Part shown: in pieces, positions 13,340-27,444 of the stretch | Position numbering within the stretch: the stretch's first letter is position 1 | Layout: every line of letters starts with the position of its first letter | Assembly (NCBI GenBank): GCA_951406725.2 | Contig: OX597834.1 | Coordinates: 10,850,001 to 10,914,000 of the forward strand | Direction: 5' to 3' | Origin: Octopus vulgaris | Taxonomy: Eukaryota | DNA: 64,000 nt | The notes under the pieces: generated by a model | Databases searched by the model: none | Told to the model about the DNA's origin: nothing | Seen by the model: only the letters and a program-made list of their open reading frames with translations | Position numbers and translations under genes: made by a program

Positions 13340-13755
13340 GGCGCAGGAGTGGCTGTGTGGTAAGTAGCTTGCTTACCAACCACATGGTTCTGGGTTCAGT
13401 TACACCGCGTGGCACCTTGGGCAAGTGTCTTCTGCTATAGCCCGGGCCGACCAATGCCTTGTGAGTGGATTTGGTAGCGGAAACTGAAAGAAGCCCGTCG
13501 TATATATGTATATATATATATATTTATGTGTGTGTTTGTGTGTCTGTGTTTGTCCCACTAGCATTGCTTGACAACCGATGCTGGTGTGTTTACGTCTCCG
13601 TCACTTAGCGGTTCGGCAAAAGAGACCGATATAATAAGTACTGGGCTTACAAAGAATAAGTCCCGGGGTCGATTTGCTCGACTAAAGGCGGTGCTCCAGC
13701 ATGTCCGCAGTCAAATGACTGAAACAAGTAAAAGAGTAAAAGAGTAAAGAGTAAG
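13340..13755 (+). mobile_element. SINE family B, full length, with (GTAAAAGA)n tail
   Basis: Near-identical to the 6406-6800 copy. Confidence 0.92.
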
Positions 13756-13980
13756 AAATGAAGACCATCCATCTCTTTCTCCTTGTCACGGGACGTTAGA
13801 GAAATGTTGCTGTTGGGGTACATTGTGCGGATTGGGGTTAACTCAGAATGCTGTTTATACATTTTAATGTTCCTCTTCAGCATTAAATAATGAAGACAAA
13901 GTGGCAACACCCGCTAATTTGAACCCTTCGACTACAGTTCAGGTGCGAACACCGGTCATCGGTGTCTGCTGTTCTTTAAA

Positions 13981-14211
13981 GGCGGCGAGCTGGCAGAAAC
14001 GTTAGCACGCCGGGCAAAATGCGTAGCCGTATTTCGTCTGCCGTTACGTTCTGAGTTCAAATTCCGCCGAGGTCGACTTTGCCTTTCATCCTTTCGGGGT
14101 CGATTAAATAAGTACCAGTCACGCACTGGGGTCGATATAATCGACTTAATGCGTTTGTCTCTCCTTGTTTGTCCTCTCTGTGTTTAGCCCCTTGTGGGTA
14201 GTAAAGAAATA
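13981..14211 (+). mobile_element. SINE family A monomer with imperfect TSD
   Basis: ggtgtctgctgttcttta (13961-13978) vs ggtatctgttgttcttta (14212-14229). Confidence 0.9.
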
Positions 14212-14288
14212 GGTATCTGTTGTTCTTTAGTTTCATTTTTCTGAAACTCCTTGAGGCAGAATATCCACAAGAAGCTCTTAGTGTTATA

Positions 14289-14672
14289 TCTCTCTATATA
14301 TAAACGGCAGTTTGTCTGTGTGTGTTTCTGTGTGTCTGTTTGGTTGTACCCTCACCCTGACCACGGCTTTCAACCGATTCTGATGAAACTTGACACACAC
14401 ATAGCCCAATGTCATAATTCAAAACTAACGCAGCGAAAATTTTGAAAAGTTCCCCCAGTTCTGAAAAAAATCGATAAATTCGACATGGGGTCGAGAATCA
14501 TAAACACGAACCACAGACTGTCTAGGGGACGCAACTCGACCTTTTTAACTCTCAAAAAAAATTTACCATCATTTTTTTTCCATTTCTTTGCTATTTTTTG
14601 GCTATAACTCTCTAAAAATGCTTTATAGTTATTTCCCTTACAAACCTGAGCAACGCCGGGCGATACTGCTAG
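14289..14672 (+). mobile_element. Non-autonomous Helitron (~384 bp)
   Basis: 5' TC(TCTCTATATATAAA), subterminal imperfect hairpin CCTGAGCAACGCCGGG, 3' CTAG; inserted between A and T with no TSD. Confidence 0.8.
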
Positions 14673-16554
14673 TATTTAATAATAGCTAGGCCTTTCAAAC
14701 GGAACAGTAGGTCTCATTATTTATATCTGTATCACCATAATATGTACAAGTATAGAACATTCGTATTGTTTTTTGTTATAGAATCACAAGTATAAGCAAA
14801 TACCTTATTATCATTATCTGCCACATCTCTTACATCACAATTCGGCTCTTACATCCCACATGTATAGCGCTTCTTGTGAAAGAACAAGTCAGGTGTTAAT
14901 GTCCTTAGCAGTACCCAAAATTGTGTTTACACATGAAATATCATTTAAGTTTATCTATTCTATTCGTCTTCAGTCTCGAATGAAAAGTATTATTGGATTT
15001 TGCCTTGTTAAATAGACAAAGTGCTGCCCCATCTGGGTAAGCTTTGTTCTTTCCTGATCTTGTAAAAACGTCTTGAATGAGCAGAGAAGAGAAGAGAAGA
15101 GAGATGAAGAGAGATGAAGAGAAAGAGAAATTTTCCCTCCTAGAAACTTCCTCTTTAGCGTGACATAAGTGGAAGTGCGTGTTGCTATTCTTGACGTTGT
15201 GATTGATATTTTTCCGATAGTCTGCAAATATGTTTTTGCATCAGAAACACCAGATACATTTAAAAAAAAAAAATTCCAATTTTCATTTATTATCTTCTCT
15301 TAGTTTCTTTTTATTTTTTGTGTGCAGACTCTCAAAATGTTTTTGTTTGTGGAGAGACGTGCTTGGGTGAACATTTTCCGTTGAATAACAACAGCAAGTG
15401 AGCAGAATATTTTTCAAAATAACTTTCTATTCCATAAATATGACAGAAAAATGATAAATGCAAAAATCTCGACCCCTTGAGTAAGAATCTCGCTTAATGA
15501 GACACATAAATTGTAATTCAATATTTGCAAAACTCACCAAACTATAATACAGAATGCGGAGCACAGATAAAGAAAACTTTGCAAGGCAACGGATCACAAC
15601 TATGAAAGTAAGAAAAATAAAATTACTAATAATATGTTAATTATAAACTTTTGTTAGATTTTACCATAACAATAGAGAATTAAAAATGCTAGAATACAAA
15701 CACAAAAGCAGACGGTGGATTTGCAGATCTTAGTGAAAAGATATTAATGTGGTTCACTAGTACAGCCAAGCAGAATATTAGGTCTATAAAGGATAAAATG
15801 AAAGACATATTTATAAGCGTAAGTGAATATCAAATAAATTGTAGATATATGTGAGGTTTCCTGAGAGAAAGGAAAAATATATATCATAGTGTAATATATA
15901 TAAAGTTAATAAACAAATACACATTTTGTATAAATAAAAGAACCATGCATACTCTCTTACATTTTGTACTTTTACATTTTATTTCTTATATCGACACCAT
16001 TATGTTGAATTATAGCCAGTAAAAAAAGTAAGAAGGAAATTAATAAAATTGCAAATACTTCAATATTGTCATAAATATTAGACCTGGCAAGGAAATTCTG
16101 ACAGTACCAATAATACATTAGGCACTGTACCCTGAATGATTGTGTTCGACGAATAAAAGTTCAGACATTTTTTATTTTTATTTTCATCGAAACTGCTATT
16201 ACTACGAGGTAGATCAAACTTTCTATGTCACAATTTCAATGCAATAACCATTTTCATTACACATTGATGTCAGTCAGCGAAGTAACAATGTAAAAAAATA
16301 TATATCAAAATGGTATTATATTTGAAGACAACCACTAGATGTTAAGTAATAAAAGCATATAATGCGGCTACAAAGCCACACGGTACCAATTCATTCAACA
16401 ATAAAACCCTAGCAGATAAGAGTATAGATTGGTACAATAAAAAAAAACATATATATCTACATAAAATACTAATAGCGATGATGTGCTACAATGATATTCA
16501 TAACGTAAAGAAAAATAATCAATAAAAAAGTATGGAATTAATCGGCATCATCGG

Positions 16555-16910
<356 letters not shown>

Positions 16911-17852
16911 TTTTGCTGCAACTGTAAAAGTAAAAATACCAAGAACTCTGGCCTCCTACTCGTAGCTTCCACTAAAGAAAAACAAGAAAAAACTATAATT
17001 TATAGAGAAGGTTGGATCAATGCCCAAGTTATTGAAGTGTTACCCTCAAATTATACATCGATACTATATCCAACAAACACGAGCTCCATAAAAAGAGAAG
17101 TAGGAGTTTATGGAGCAAGAACAATTGGAAACAAAGGAAGACAAAAAATATGTGCAAACACATTTGTCAACGCAGAGAGAATCCTAATAAAAAATAGTAT
17201 AATGGAAAAAACTTATCAAAGAAAGATCACTGTAAGAAGAAAATCCCTTGAAGCTGCTGCTTAGAAAATAGTGTAAATAGTCAAAAACCCATGAAAGCAT
17301 GATGATAGAACTAGCAGACACAAAACACATAAGACATCTCAAAAGAATGAAGCACATCAGATAAGTTCAGAAGAAACATGCTCTGATATCAGCAAAGTTA
17401 TTACGGCGGAGCTTGCTGGACATTTTGGCGTCAAGGAACATTGCAGAAACTATGACAGACTAAAGAGAAGAATAAAAAAAAATCCAGCGAATAATTCATT
17501 ATTAAAATATTCAGCCAACCAATGAGGCACAACTAGAACATTTCGCCGATAATTATATCTAACGATAAGCAATAAAGAAACATATGTTTCACCAGATCAA
17601 CCGGAATGAGAATCTAGTAGTGGTTCAATAAAATTATTGAGTAGAGAAAAGTTGAGAGCATTACAAAGCTCATAAATAAGAAGGAACTGAAGGACCCTGA
17701 GCAAATTGCGTAGAAAAATAGGGTCAATGAAACATTTCTCCATCCCATGAGGCTCTGACAATGATATATGATATTGTAAAACATCAACGGATAGAAAAAT
17801 CACGTTAATCAATTGAGATATAATAACTCTTTAACGAGAAGGGCAAATGAGA

Positions 17853-17909
17853 ATAATAATAACAATAATAATAATAATAATAATAATGATAATAATAATA
17901 ATAATAATG

Positions 17910-17988
<79 letters not shown>
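17853..17988. repeat. (AAT)n microsatellite, 5' flank of the Dong/R4 element
   Basis: Direct reading of the sequence. Confidence 0.95.
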
Positions 17989-17990
<2 letters not shown>

Positions 17991-18175
17991 TGAATATTTG
18001 AAAAACCTTAAGGACTACCAAACCTACAAAAACCCCAAAACTAATGAAAAAATATAATATGAAAACTATACTTGATATTGATGCCACAATAGAAACCATC
18101 AAGCAAAAGGTATCTGCTAAAGCTGCCCGCATAGCGAGGTATTAAAAGCGTGTTAGTTTCTTCAGGGACAACAAC

Positions 18176-19564
18176 ATGTTCAAAAATAATCCCAAAAATT
18201 TTTACAGGAAGATAGGAAAAACAACAGTTACTGTAATGTCTGTACCATCAAAAGAAGAAGTGCAGGGATTTTGGAATAAAATTTGGGCAGAAGAAAAAAC
18301 ACACAGCGAAAAGGCCCCCTGGATTGGTAGAATATCGAAAGAACTGGACTCCTTAGAAGAGCAAAAGTGGGAGGGTGTCAAGGTAGAAGATATAAGATCT
18401 GCTCTCAGGAGGTCAAGCAAATGGAAGTCTCCAGGAAAGGATAAGATCCCTAACTTTTGGTTGAATGCCTTCCCAGAGAGCCATGAACTGCTAACAGAAC
18501 TTTACAATGTTATTTTGCAACACCCTAGTAGGATGCCTCCTTGGCTAGTTAATGGGTTAACATTCCTGCTTCCAAAAAGTGAAGAAACAAATGAACCAAA
18601 AAACTATAGACCCATAACCTGCTTAACAACTATGTATAAAACACTAACATCTGTCCTGACGGAATACACCTATAGTTTTTTGACAGACAGCAGCATATTC
18701 CCTAATGAACAGAAAGGATGTAAACGTGGATCCTACGGTTGTAAAGATCAACTACTCATCAATAAGATGATATTAGAAGATTGTCACAAACGACACAAAA
18801 ACTTATCAATAGCCTGGATAGACTATAAAAAGGCTTTTGATAGCCTACCACATAGCTGGATTAAGAAATGCCTAGAAATGTATAAGATAGCACCTGCTCT
18901 GCAAAACTTTTTGTCTGTAAGTATGAGATCATGGAGAACCACACTAACTTTGAACAGTGACAATGAATCTCTAAATGCTGGTGATGTAAAAATTTCATGT
19001 GGCATTTTCCAGGGTGACTCACTATCACCGCTCCTCTTCTGTTTAGCCTTAATACCTCTCTCAAAACTGCTCAATGACGCGCAGTACGGATATAAAATGT
19101 TTGATAAAAATATAAATCATCTCATTTACATGGATGATTTAAAGCTCTTTGCAAAAAATGACCAACAACTCAAGGGCTTACTAGCGATTGTCAAACAATT
19201 CAGTGATGACATCAGAATGCAATTTGGCCTCGATAAGTGTGCAAAAGCTACCTTTATGAAAGGAAAAATGACAGAAACATCTAACGTTAAACTTGACCAG
19301 CAGAATGTCATAAAAGAATTAGACCCAGCAGAGAACTACAAGTATCTAGGGGTAATTGAAGGAGAAGGAATAAGGCATTCAGAGATGAAGGAAAGAATCA
19401 GGAGAGAATGTTATCGCAGAGTAAGAGCAATACTCAAGACAGAGCTGTATGCGAGAAACAGGATCGAAACGATCAATGCATTAGCCATACCAGTTGTGAC
19501 TTACAGTTTCAATATCGTTAACTGGTCAATTACTGAAATATGTAATCTTGACAGGAAAATTTGA
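18176..19564 (+). pseudogene. Reverse transcriptase domain of the R4/Dong element
   Basis: Motifs KSPGKDKI, NYRPITCL, AWIDYKKAFDSLPH, GIFQGDSLSPLLF, YMDDLKL, YKYLGV; the frame extends upstream past a TAA near 18142 and ends at a premature TGA (likely CGA>TGA). Confidence 0.9.
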
Positions 19565-19570
19565 AAACTG

Positions 19571-20686
19571 TTGACAATGCATAGAATGCACCACCCTAAG
19601 GCAGATACAGAACGACTTTATCTGCCAAGAAAAGAGGGAGGCCGTGGACTTTTACAACTGGCAAAAACAATGAGGATTGCTACAATTGGCCTAGACACCT
19701 ACCTGAAAAACTCTGAGGACTGGATGTTAAAACTTGTCTCAAAACATGAAAACAAGAAAGCATCATACTCAGTAACAAAACAGGCAAAGGAATATCTAAG
19801 TGAATTCCGAATACAACAAATTTCGGAATTAGAGATAGACATACAAGAAACAGGCACAGAAAAAGTTAAGCGCATGAAAACCCGTGCTAAATCTGCGGCC
19901 TTAGATATTCTGAATGATAAATGGCAAGAAAAACCTCTCTATGGTAAATACCCAAAGAGAGCAAATAATGCAGATGTTGACAAAGCCCTGACCCATCAAT
20001 GGCTAATGGCCTCTGGCTTAAAATCTGAAACAGAGGGGTTTATCATAGCAGCTCAAGATCAATGCCTACCAACAAGAAACTACCAGGCCAACATATTAAA
20101 GATCAGAAGCGGTCCAACGTCTCGTGTATGCAAGCAACAAAATGAAACCATTGACCATGTGGTCTCCAAGTGCAGTCTTCTAGCGCCTACAGAGTATCTC
20201 AACAGACACGATAGAGCTGCACAATATATTCACTGGGTAATCTGCAAAAACCTGGATTTGCCCCATGAAAAAAACTGGTGGGAACACAAACCACCCCCAG
20301 TGCTTGAAAATGACCACATATCACTCCTCTGGAACTTCACCATTCAAACTGACAGAAAGATAGATGCAAATAGGCCAGACATCACATTGAAAGACTTCAA
20401 ACAAAGAACATGCCTCCTCATTGATATGACTGTCCCAATCGATATAAACGTATCTGTCAAGACTTACCAAAAACTGAGCAAATATAAAGATCTTGAAATA
20501 GAAATAAGCAAAATGTGGAACCTGAAGACTAAAACAATACCTGTTGTCATAGGTGCCCTGGGAATGATAGCAAAAGGGGCTGATAGCTACCTAACTTAGA
20601 TACCACGAAACCCAAAAATGGCAGAAATTCAAAAGATAGTGCTCATGGGAACTGCTCATATCCTGCGCGAAATACTTTCTATGTAA
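19571..20686 (+). pseudogene. C-terminal zinc knuckle + restriction-like endonuclease of the R4/Dong element
   Basis: RLYLPRKEGGRGL, SRVCKQQNETIDHVVSKC (CCHC with first C>S), RHD, NRPDI..LIDMTVP..KLSKYKDL, PVVIGALG; premature TAG at 20597, true stop at 20684-20686 after IQKIVLMGTAHILR. Confidence 0.88.
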
Positions 20687-20916
20687 TCTCAAGGTTTAAA
20701 ACAAACATAATTTTCGGTTTAAAGGGAGAGGGAAAAGAAAAAAAAAATTATTATTTTTTTTTTTTTTTACACATTTATTAGTACAACACCCCCCAAAAAA
20801 AAATATATGGCACACTAGGCATAACAACAACATGAAGTTCCAACCTGTTGTCTCTTGAGGTCTCTGGGTGAGACTTGGAGCCAACTTATACAAATATAAA
20901 GCAAAACTCAAACATA

Positions 20917-21190
<274 letters not shown>

Positions 21191-21294
21191 CCGGTAACGT
21201 ATTTTTCTGCAATGTATGGATAATTTATCCCGATCACGCTATTTATTAGCATTATCACTTGTTAGAGAATAAAGAAAATATTTCTCTATCTTTC

Positions 21295-21377
<83 letters not shown>

Positions 21378-21404
21378 AAGCAACAACAACAACAACAACA
21401 ACAA

Positions 21405-21663
21405 TAATGATGCCTATTTGAAAATGATACCTGGCTTACAATTCCTGCAGGAAGTGCAAAAAATCGTGTTAACTGGAATGACACATGTACTGAGGAGAGA
21501 ATTATCGCTGTGAAAACAACATCAATTCATGAATTTGTTTATTTATTAATTTTTCAAATACATATTTTTACCTGTTTGTGTAATCTGGGAATGCATACAA
21601 TGAGCTTCTCTACCCTAGGTGTACGGAAAACACTCGGCGAGAAATGGAAGTAAATTTAAATAC
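21405..21663 (+). mobile_element. 3'-terminal fragment of a second Dong/R4 subfamily
   Basis: DAYLKMIPGLQFLQEVQKIVLTGMTHVLRRELSL* aligns with the end of the main element; UTR ends in (AAC/AAT)n. Confidence 0.8.
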
Positions 21664-21698
21664 TAATAACAACAACAACAACAACAACAACAACAATA

Positions 21699-21733
<35 letters not shown>

Positions 21734-21752
21734 AATAATGATAATAATAATA

Positions 21753-21804
<52 letters not shown>

Positions 21805-21829
21805 TAATAATAATAATAATAATAATAAA

Positions 21830-22384
21830 TGCCCTGATGCATTACCAGGCAGTGGCTCTCATGGCTTCTGATCTTAACTGATTGGAAGTGTTATCATGTA
21901 CATTGTTTTGTCTTGGTATAAAAGATGGGCTACAGCAAATATTCTGCTCAATACCACAGATTTGCTTGTCAGGTGTTTGACCTTAACCAGTTGAGCATGT
22001 CTCTTAGTGGCTGACAATATGTGCATCTCTGATCACGAGCAGAAGTAGTGGGGGAGCATCATAGCCATGTGTTGAGAGGGATTCTTTGGGGTTTGAATAG
22101 TTCACCTCTGGAAACATGGGTGGTTCTTTCAACATCCTGAAACAACCCTTATTCAGGGACCGTTTGAGCGGGATGGGCTACTCAACCTGAAGAAAATTCT
22201 AACTGGGCCCCACCTGCAAGGTCATGTGCTGTTTATCTTGATATGAGATCACCATGTCGCGCACATATGGTTGTGATGCATGTGCCTGGTGTACCTTTAT
22301 CAGACGGGTAGTCATGATGGGTATATTGGGCTTCGTATATTTTACCCCAGTGTCACTTTGATGGCATGAACTGCTCTCTCACTC

Positions 22385-22385
<1 letters not shown>
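21830..22385 (+). mobile_element. ~555-bp non-coding interspersed element embedded in (AAT)n, copy 1
   Basis: Highly similar reverse-complement copy at 28286-28831; both are flanked on each side by (AAT)n. Confidence 0.85.
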
Positions 22386-22452
<67 letters not shown>

Positions 22453-22465
22453 TTATAATAATAGC

Positions 22466-23280
22466 ATGGCCAAGTGGAATATACGTCTCCTTCACAACCA
22501 TAGTAATGGGATGAGCCAATCTAACAACATCAACATCAAGCTAGTTGTTTCCCATTACTCTTTTGCATGGCACTGACCCTGTTCTCAAATGAACTGAATA
22601 ACACCAAGTATGGGTTATAAATGTATAATATTATCTGTTTTACATGAACGATCTGAAGCTGTTTGCTAGAAATGACGAAGAGCTAGTAGGGCTGTTAATA
22701 ACGGTTAAAGAGATCAGCAATGACATCGGAATGGATTTTGGCCTTGATCAGATTGCTAAAGCAACTTTTGTAAGAGGGAACCTCAAGCAAAGAGCTCCCG
22801 TTAAATTAGATACCTATTTCTTTACTACCCACAAGGGGCTAAACACAGAAAGGATAAACAAGGACAGACAAACTGATTAAATCCATTACATCAATCCCAG
22901 TGCGTAACTGGTACTTAATTTATCGAGCCCGAAAGGATGAAAGGCAAAGTCGACCTCGGCGGAATTTGAACTCAGAACCTAACGGCAGACGAAATACGGC
23001 TACGTAATTCGCCTGGCGTGCTAACGATTCTGTCAGCTCGCCGCCATTAAATTAGATACCGATACTACCATGAAGGAGCTTGGTCCATAAGGAAGCTATT
23101 AATACCTGGTGATAAACGAAGGAGACGCTATACAATATGCTACTATGAAGGAAAAAATACGAAGGGAGTATTACAGAAGAATACAAATCATACTAAAAAC
23201 TAGACTCAACTCCAAATTTCGCATCGAAGCAATTAATACCCTGTCACTTCATGCAGTCCAATGTTGTTTAAAATTAAATA
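22466..23280 (+). mobile_element. Older Dong/R4 RT fragment interrupted by a SINE
   Basis: YMNDLKLFARNDEEL..DIGMDFGLD..AKATF and MKEKIRREYYRRIQIILKTRLN..IEAINTL, collinear with 19130-19490. Confidence 0.8.
22815..23045 (-). mobile_element. SINE family A monomer with 14-bp TSD
   Basis: TSD ttaaattagatacc at 22801-22814 and 23047-23060. Confidence 0.92.
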
Positions 23281-23533
23281 TCATTAAATACAAAATATCA
23301 TGTATAGAATGAACACTGGCTTAAGGGAAGCGTATCTGTCTTTAATAAGTTTATATGGGATTCCACTGCATCATAACCTGCGCATTTACGTTCCTCGTGT
23401 GTTAGCTGTATTGTTTTGCTTTCAAGCTGCATGGATTTGATTATATTACAATATTTCTATCATTAGTTGCAGCGTTAATCTTGTATCACTTCTCTTTATG
23501 GTATTGTATGCGTTGTGTTATGAATTGGGCGAT

Positions 23534-23806
23534 GGTAGAAATAGCTTACATGTGTGGGTTGTGTTTTATAGTTTGTTGGTAAGTTCGCTGACTGCGAATC
23601 GTGTGAATTGCCGTGGTATGTTTGATAGAAATAGCTTACATGTGTGGGTTGTGTTTTATAGTTTGTTGGTAAGTTCGCTGACTGCGAATCGTGTGAATTG
23701 CCGTGGTATGTTTGATAGAAATAGCTTACATGTGTGGGTTGTGTGTTATAGTTTGATGGTAAGTTCGCTAACTGCGAGTTGTGTGAGTTGCTGTTGTGTG
23801 TTTGAT
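23534..23806. repeat. 90-bp tandem repeat, three copies
   Basis: Units start at 23534, 23624 and 23714; the first two are nearly identical. Confidence 0.92.
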
Positions 23807-23884
23807 GTCAATGTTTTTACATCGTGGTTATCATTCATTCGCAAACATATACTGAAACGCATCCCGACTATCTTCATTCCATCT

Positions 23885-24070
23885 ATTTCGGCTGTCTTTA
23901 CGTTCTGAGTTCAAATTCCGCCGAGGTCGACTTTGCCTTTCATCCTTTCGGGGTCGATTAAATAAGTACCAGTTACGCACTGGGGTCGATGTAATCGACT
24001 TAATACCTATGTCTGTCCTTGTTTGTTTCCTATATGTTTAGCCCCTTGTGGGTAAAAAAGAAATAGGTAT
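23885..24070 (+). mobile_element. SINE family A, headless single body unit
   Basis: Matches the body unit from tatttcg to aaagaaataggtat. Confidence 0.85.
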
Positions 24071-25304
24071 AATTATATATCAATTGGTTGCAATTCATAA
24101 CAGACCAAAGGATTTGAATACCCAAAGACACTTATTAAAAAAATATGTATAAATTTATTAGGTGAAGAATGGGGATAATATGGACTCTGTGGATCCTCCT
24201 ATGTTATCGGATAATCATTCAGGAGTGTGGTTAGAGGCGTGCAAATATATTACTTACAGAGTCGAGTTTATAAATTCAACGCCCAAACCTAGGCTTTAGG
24301 CGAGAGTTTGGCTGTATTTTAGGATTGTCTTTTTTGCATATGTCAAAGTTCATAAAGATAGCTAATACTATACTAATTGTTGTTTAATTTTTGTGTTTTT
24401 TTTCTTTCGTATTCCGCACATTGCTTATTTCTATTCTAAAATACTTCTTCCTCGACATTTTACGTCTGTATGTCATGGTAACACCGCCCCACCAACAAAT
24501 AACCAGATAAACATATAGTACGTAGTTTATCACGGAGACTGCTTCTTATAAATATTGTATATTTGGAGTGCCGACATCCATTGTCTTGAAGTCGAAACAG
24601 GCATCCCTCACATCCAGATTATTTTCACCAGATTGCTACTACATACCGTTTTACTACGTGCCTCGAATATAGACACGATGTCATCTTTCCTTTTAAGGTG
24701 TTATCGATTTCCAGATGTACAGAACGCATTCAATATTCTTCCATCTTGTATTTTCTTCCCGCTGTGCATGTTTAAAGGTGAAATACGTGAGTCGCTTTAG
24801 CAAACTTATTGACTCCGATATTCTACTAAATTTCTCTATGTTTATTCCACCGAATCTTTTGTATATGCTGTGCATCTTAGCTAGGACTTTGGAATTTATT
24901 CAACACCCAGTGGGACACAAGCTATTAGTTATTTTGAAGGTATTACGTAATTCTTTTTCATAATAGATCTTGTTTACAATTTTCATCGTATCTCTACTTC
25001 GTTTTTACTCCAATCTATTATCAGAAATCTCATTCTGTAAATTGTACTGAATATTGTTTTATTTATGCTTTGTTTCTGATGTACAACAATCCTTATTTAT
25101 TTTCGTTTGTTAAACGGTGTTGTTTTGTGTTTTTCTGATTGTTATTCTAGCACGCGTTCAAGCTTTTTCAAGAGTCTCAACATGTATGCATCTGCTGTTA
25201 AGATTTTTGGAGCCTTTTTTTTATGTGAATCTTAATATTTTTTATTTATTACTCTATTTCTTTTATTATCATTATTATTATTATCATTATTATTATCATC
25301 ATTG

Positions 25305-25375
<71 letters not shown>

Positions 25376-25377
<2 letters not shown>

Positions 25378-25810
25378 ATTCTTTTTATCTGCCTGTTTGT
25401 TACAATCACACGCCGAGACTCACCCAGTGTCCTTAGGTGAGTGAATAGTAAGAGATTTCACATTGTGACTGAAAGGTTGGGCAGGGCAAGAGACCGGGGC
25501 ACAAGCGAAATATCAGCAATGACATCGGAATGGATTTTGGCCTTGATTAGTGTGCTAAAGCAACCTTTGTAAGAGGCAAGCTCAAGCAAAGAGGCTCCAT
25601 TAAATTACACGCCGATACTACCATTAGCTATCATTGTTGATTACTTTAACAATTATTGACACAGGCATTTAAATTGATAGGGTTTTTTCTGAGAATGTGG
25701 GCAGTACTTCTCAACACAATTTTTTGGATTTTTCTGAGACATGGTTCTCCTGGAATATTATCTAGCTATTTCTGACATCCCCTTCTTATCATACCAAGGA
25801 ACGGTTCTGG
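25376..25810 (-). mobile_element. 3' end of a third Dong/R4 copy with (TAA)n tail at 25262-25375, interrupted by a plus-strand RT fragment (25508-25625)
   Basis: Minus strand LGMIRRGCQK*LDNIPGEPCLRKIQKIVLRSTAHILRK; UTR motif ctaaggacactgggtgagtctcgg resembles gaggtctctgggtgagacttgg of the main copy. Confidence 0.72.
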
Positions 25811-26739
25811 ATGCTACATAATACCCACAAGAATTATTTCAAACGTCGGTAAAGTTTCTGCTCAGAAATAAAGGAACACCAAAATACGGTATGAATATAA
25901 TTATTACCAAGTAATAAAACTAGCTATTCACGTCAGTAACCCCTCTCTTAGACCAGTATTTGACCGTGTCCCAATGGACATAAATTCTACATCTTTTCTA
26001 TCAACGGAGGGAAACAATATTATCAGAGTGTGTCTGGTACACACTATCCGTTGTTAGATTTACTTCTGTTATATTTAAGTCAATTTACTTAAAGTTATTT
26101 ATCAGCTGTTCATCATTCATATTCAATGAAGTCTCACGCAGAGAGAAGCTCGTGTATGTAACTAAACTTCAGTAAAATTTTCACATTGATTATGTCTGAT
26201 ACTGCCAAGAATTTGTTTTCTCAAAATTTCCGATTTCCTTTGTAAAATAGCCAGATATTTCACTCTGTAACATATTCACGCAAAGAGATTTTTCTCAAGA
26301 TAAGATACCCACTAATCATCATACCCTTCGCATTTATTTAGTTCAATAATCAATATAGTTCTTCCTAGAACAGAATGCTTTTTACATTTTACTTTTCATT
26401 TTCTAACACAATCGAAATGATAATATAACATATATAATAACGGTGGTGAGCTGGCATGATCGTTAAGCTCGCCGAGAAAAAGTTGACTAGGTCAACGTCG
26501 CCTTTCATGCCTTCGGGGTCCATAAAATAAGTAACAGTTGAGCACTGAGGTCGATGTAATCGACTCATCCTTTCTTCCCCTTAAATCGCTGACCTCCCGC
26601 CATAATACGGAACCACTATAAACGAATATAATATACATGATGCAACTAATTAAACTAGAAAAATGTGGAAGAATGTGTGAAAAGTCTGGCTGCGTCCGAA
26701 AAAATATATATTATGAAACAAAAATAAACACAAAATTTA

Positions 26740-27200
26740 TTACACGAATCTGTAACCACCACGGCAGTCAACTATTTGACGCCGAACACGAATTTGATGT
26801 TGAATACATCCACGAATTTTCCGCTCAGATAGCTCTTCCCAAGACTGCAAGACGGCTTCGTGCAATTCATGCCTCGCTGTAGGGTTTTTCAGTTCAACTT
26901 TATCAGCCAAAACTTTGAAAATGCCTTAATCTAATGGATTTAAATCCGGGCTTTGAGGCGGTTGCAATAAAAGTTGCACTGTCGGGTGACGAGCCATTAC
27001 TTAGGCAATAGAAGCATCCAAAATGTTGACAATATGTGGTCTTGCATTGTCCATTTGCAATATGCGGATCCCATCTAAAGTGAATAATGATTCTGCTAAT
27101 TCCACGTGTAAAGATGTGTTTAATAGAACTCACTGAATAAATCTTAATTAATTGTGTTGCCAATTGTATGCACCTGACATATGCTAACGTGTATGCAGCC
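26740..27200 (-). mobile_element. Tc1/mariner-superfamily (Tc1/maT-like) transposase C-terminal remnant
   Basis: Minus strand QSPDLNPLD*GIFKVLADKV..LHEAVLQSWEELS..RRQIVDCRGG. Confidence 0.7.
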
Positions 27201-27444
27201 AGACTTTTCACACAGAGGATACATTTTTGCCTAATAAGATTTCAATCAAAGAAAAAAAAAAGAAAGAAAAACAGATTCATTCTATTGTAAGTTGTCATTC
27301 GAGATTGGGACTCAGAATGAGAAAGAATTTACCAAAATTCTGCATGAAATATTTGTTTGACACCCCATACATTTGTCTGTCCCCGACTCTATTAATGCAC
27401 CTTTCTACTATAAGTACAACGCTTGAACGTTGAGGACGGAGGAT

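Noticed and set aside
14375-14400. CTGATGA inside the Helitron as a hammerhead
   Set aside because: No stem II/GAAA/stem III arrangement follows
18176-20686. Programmed readthrough or a two-ORF structure in the Dong element
   Set aside because: Stops are single-base changes in one continuous frame (e.g. CGA>TGA, CAG>TAG) and the zinc knuckle is also mutated; simple decay explains them
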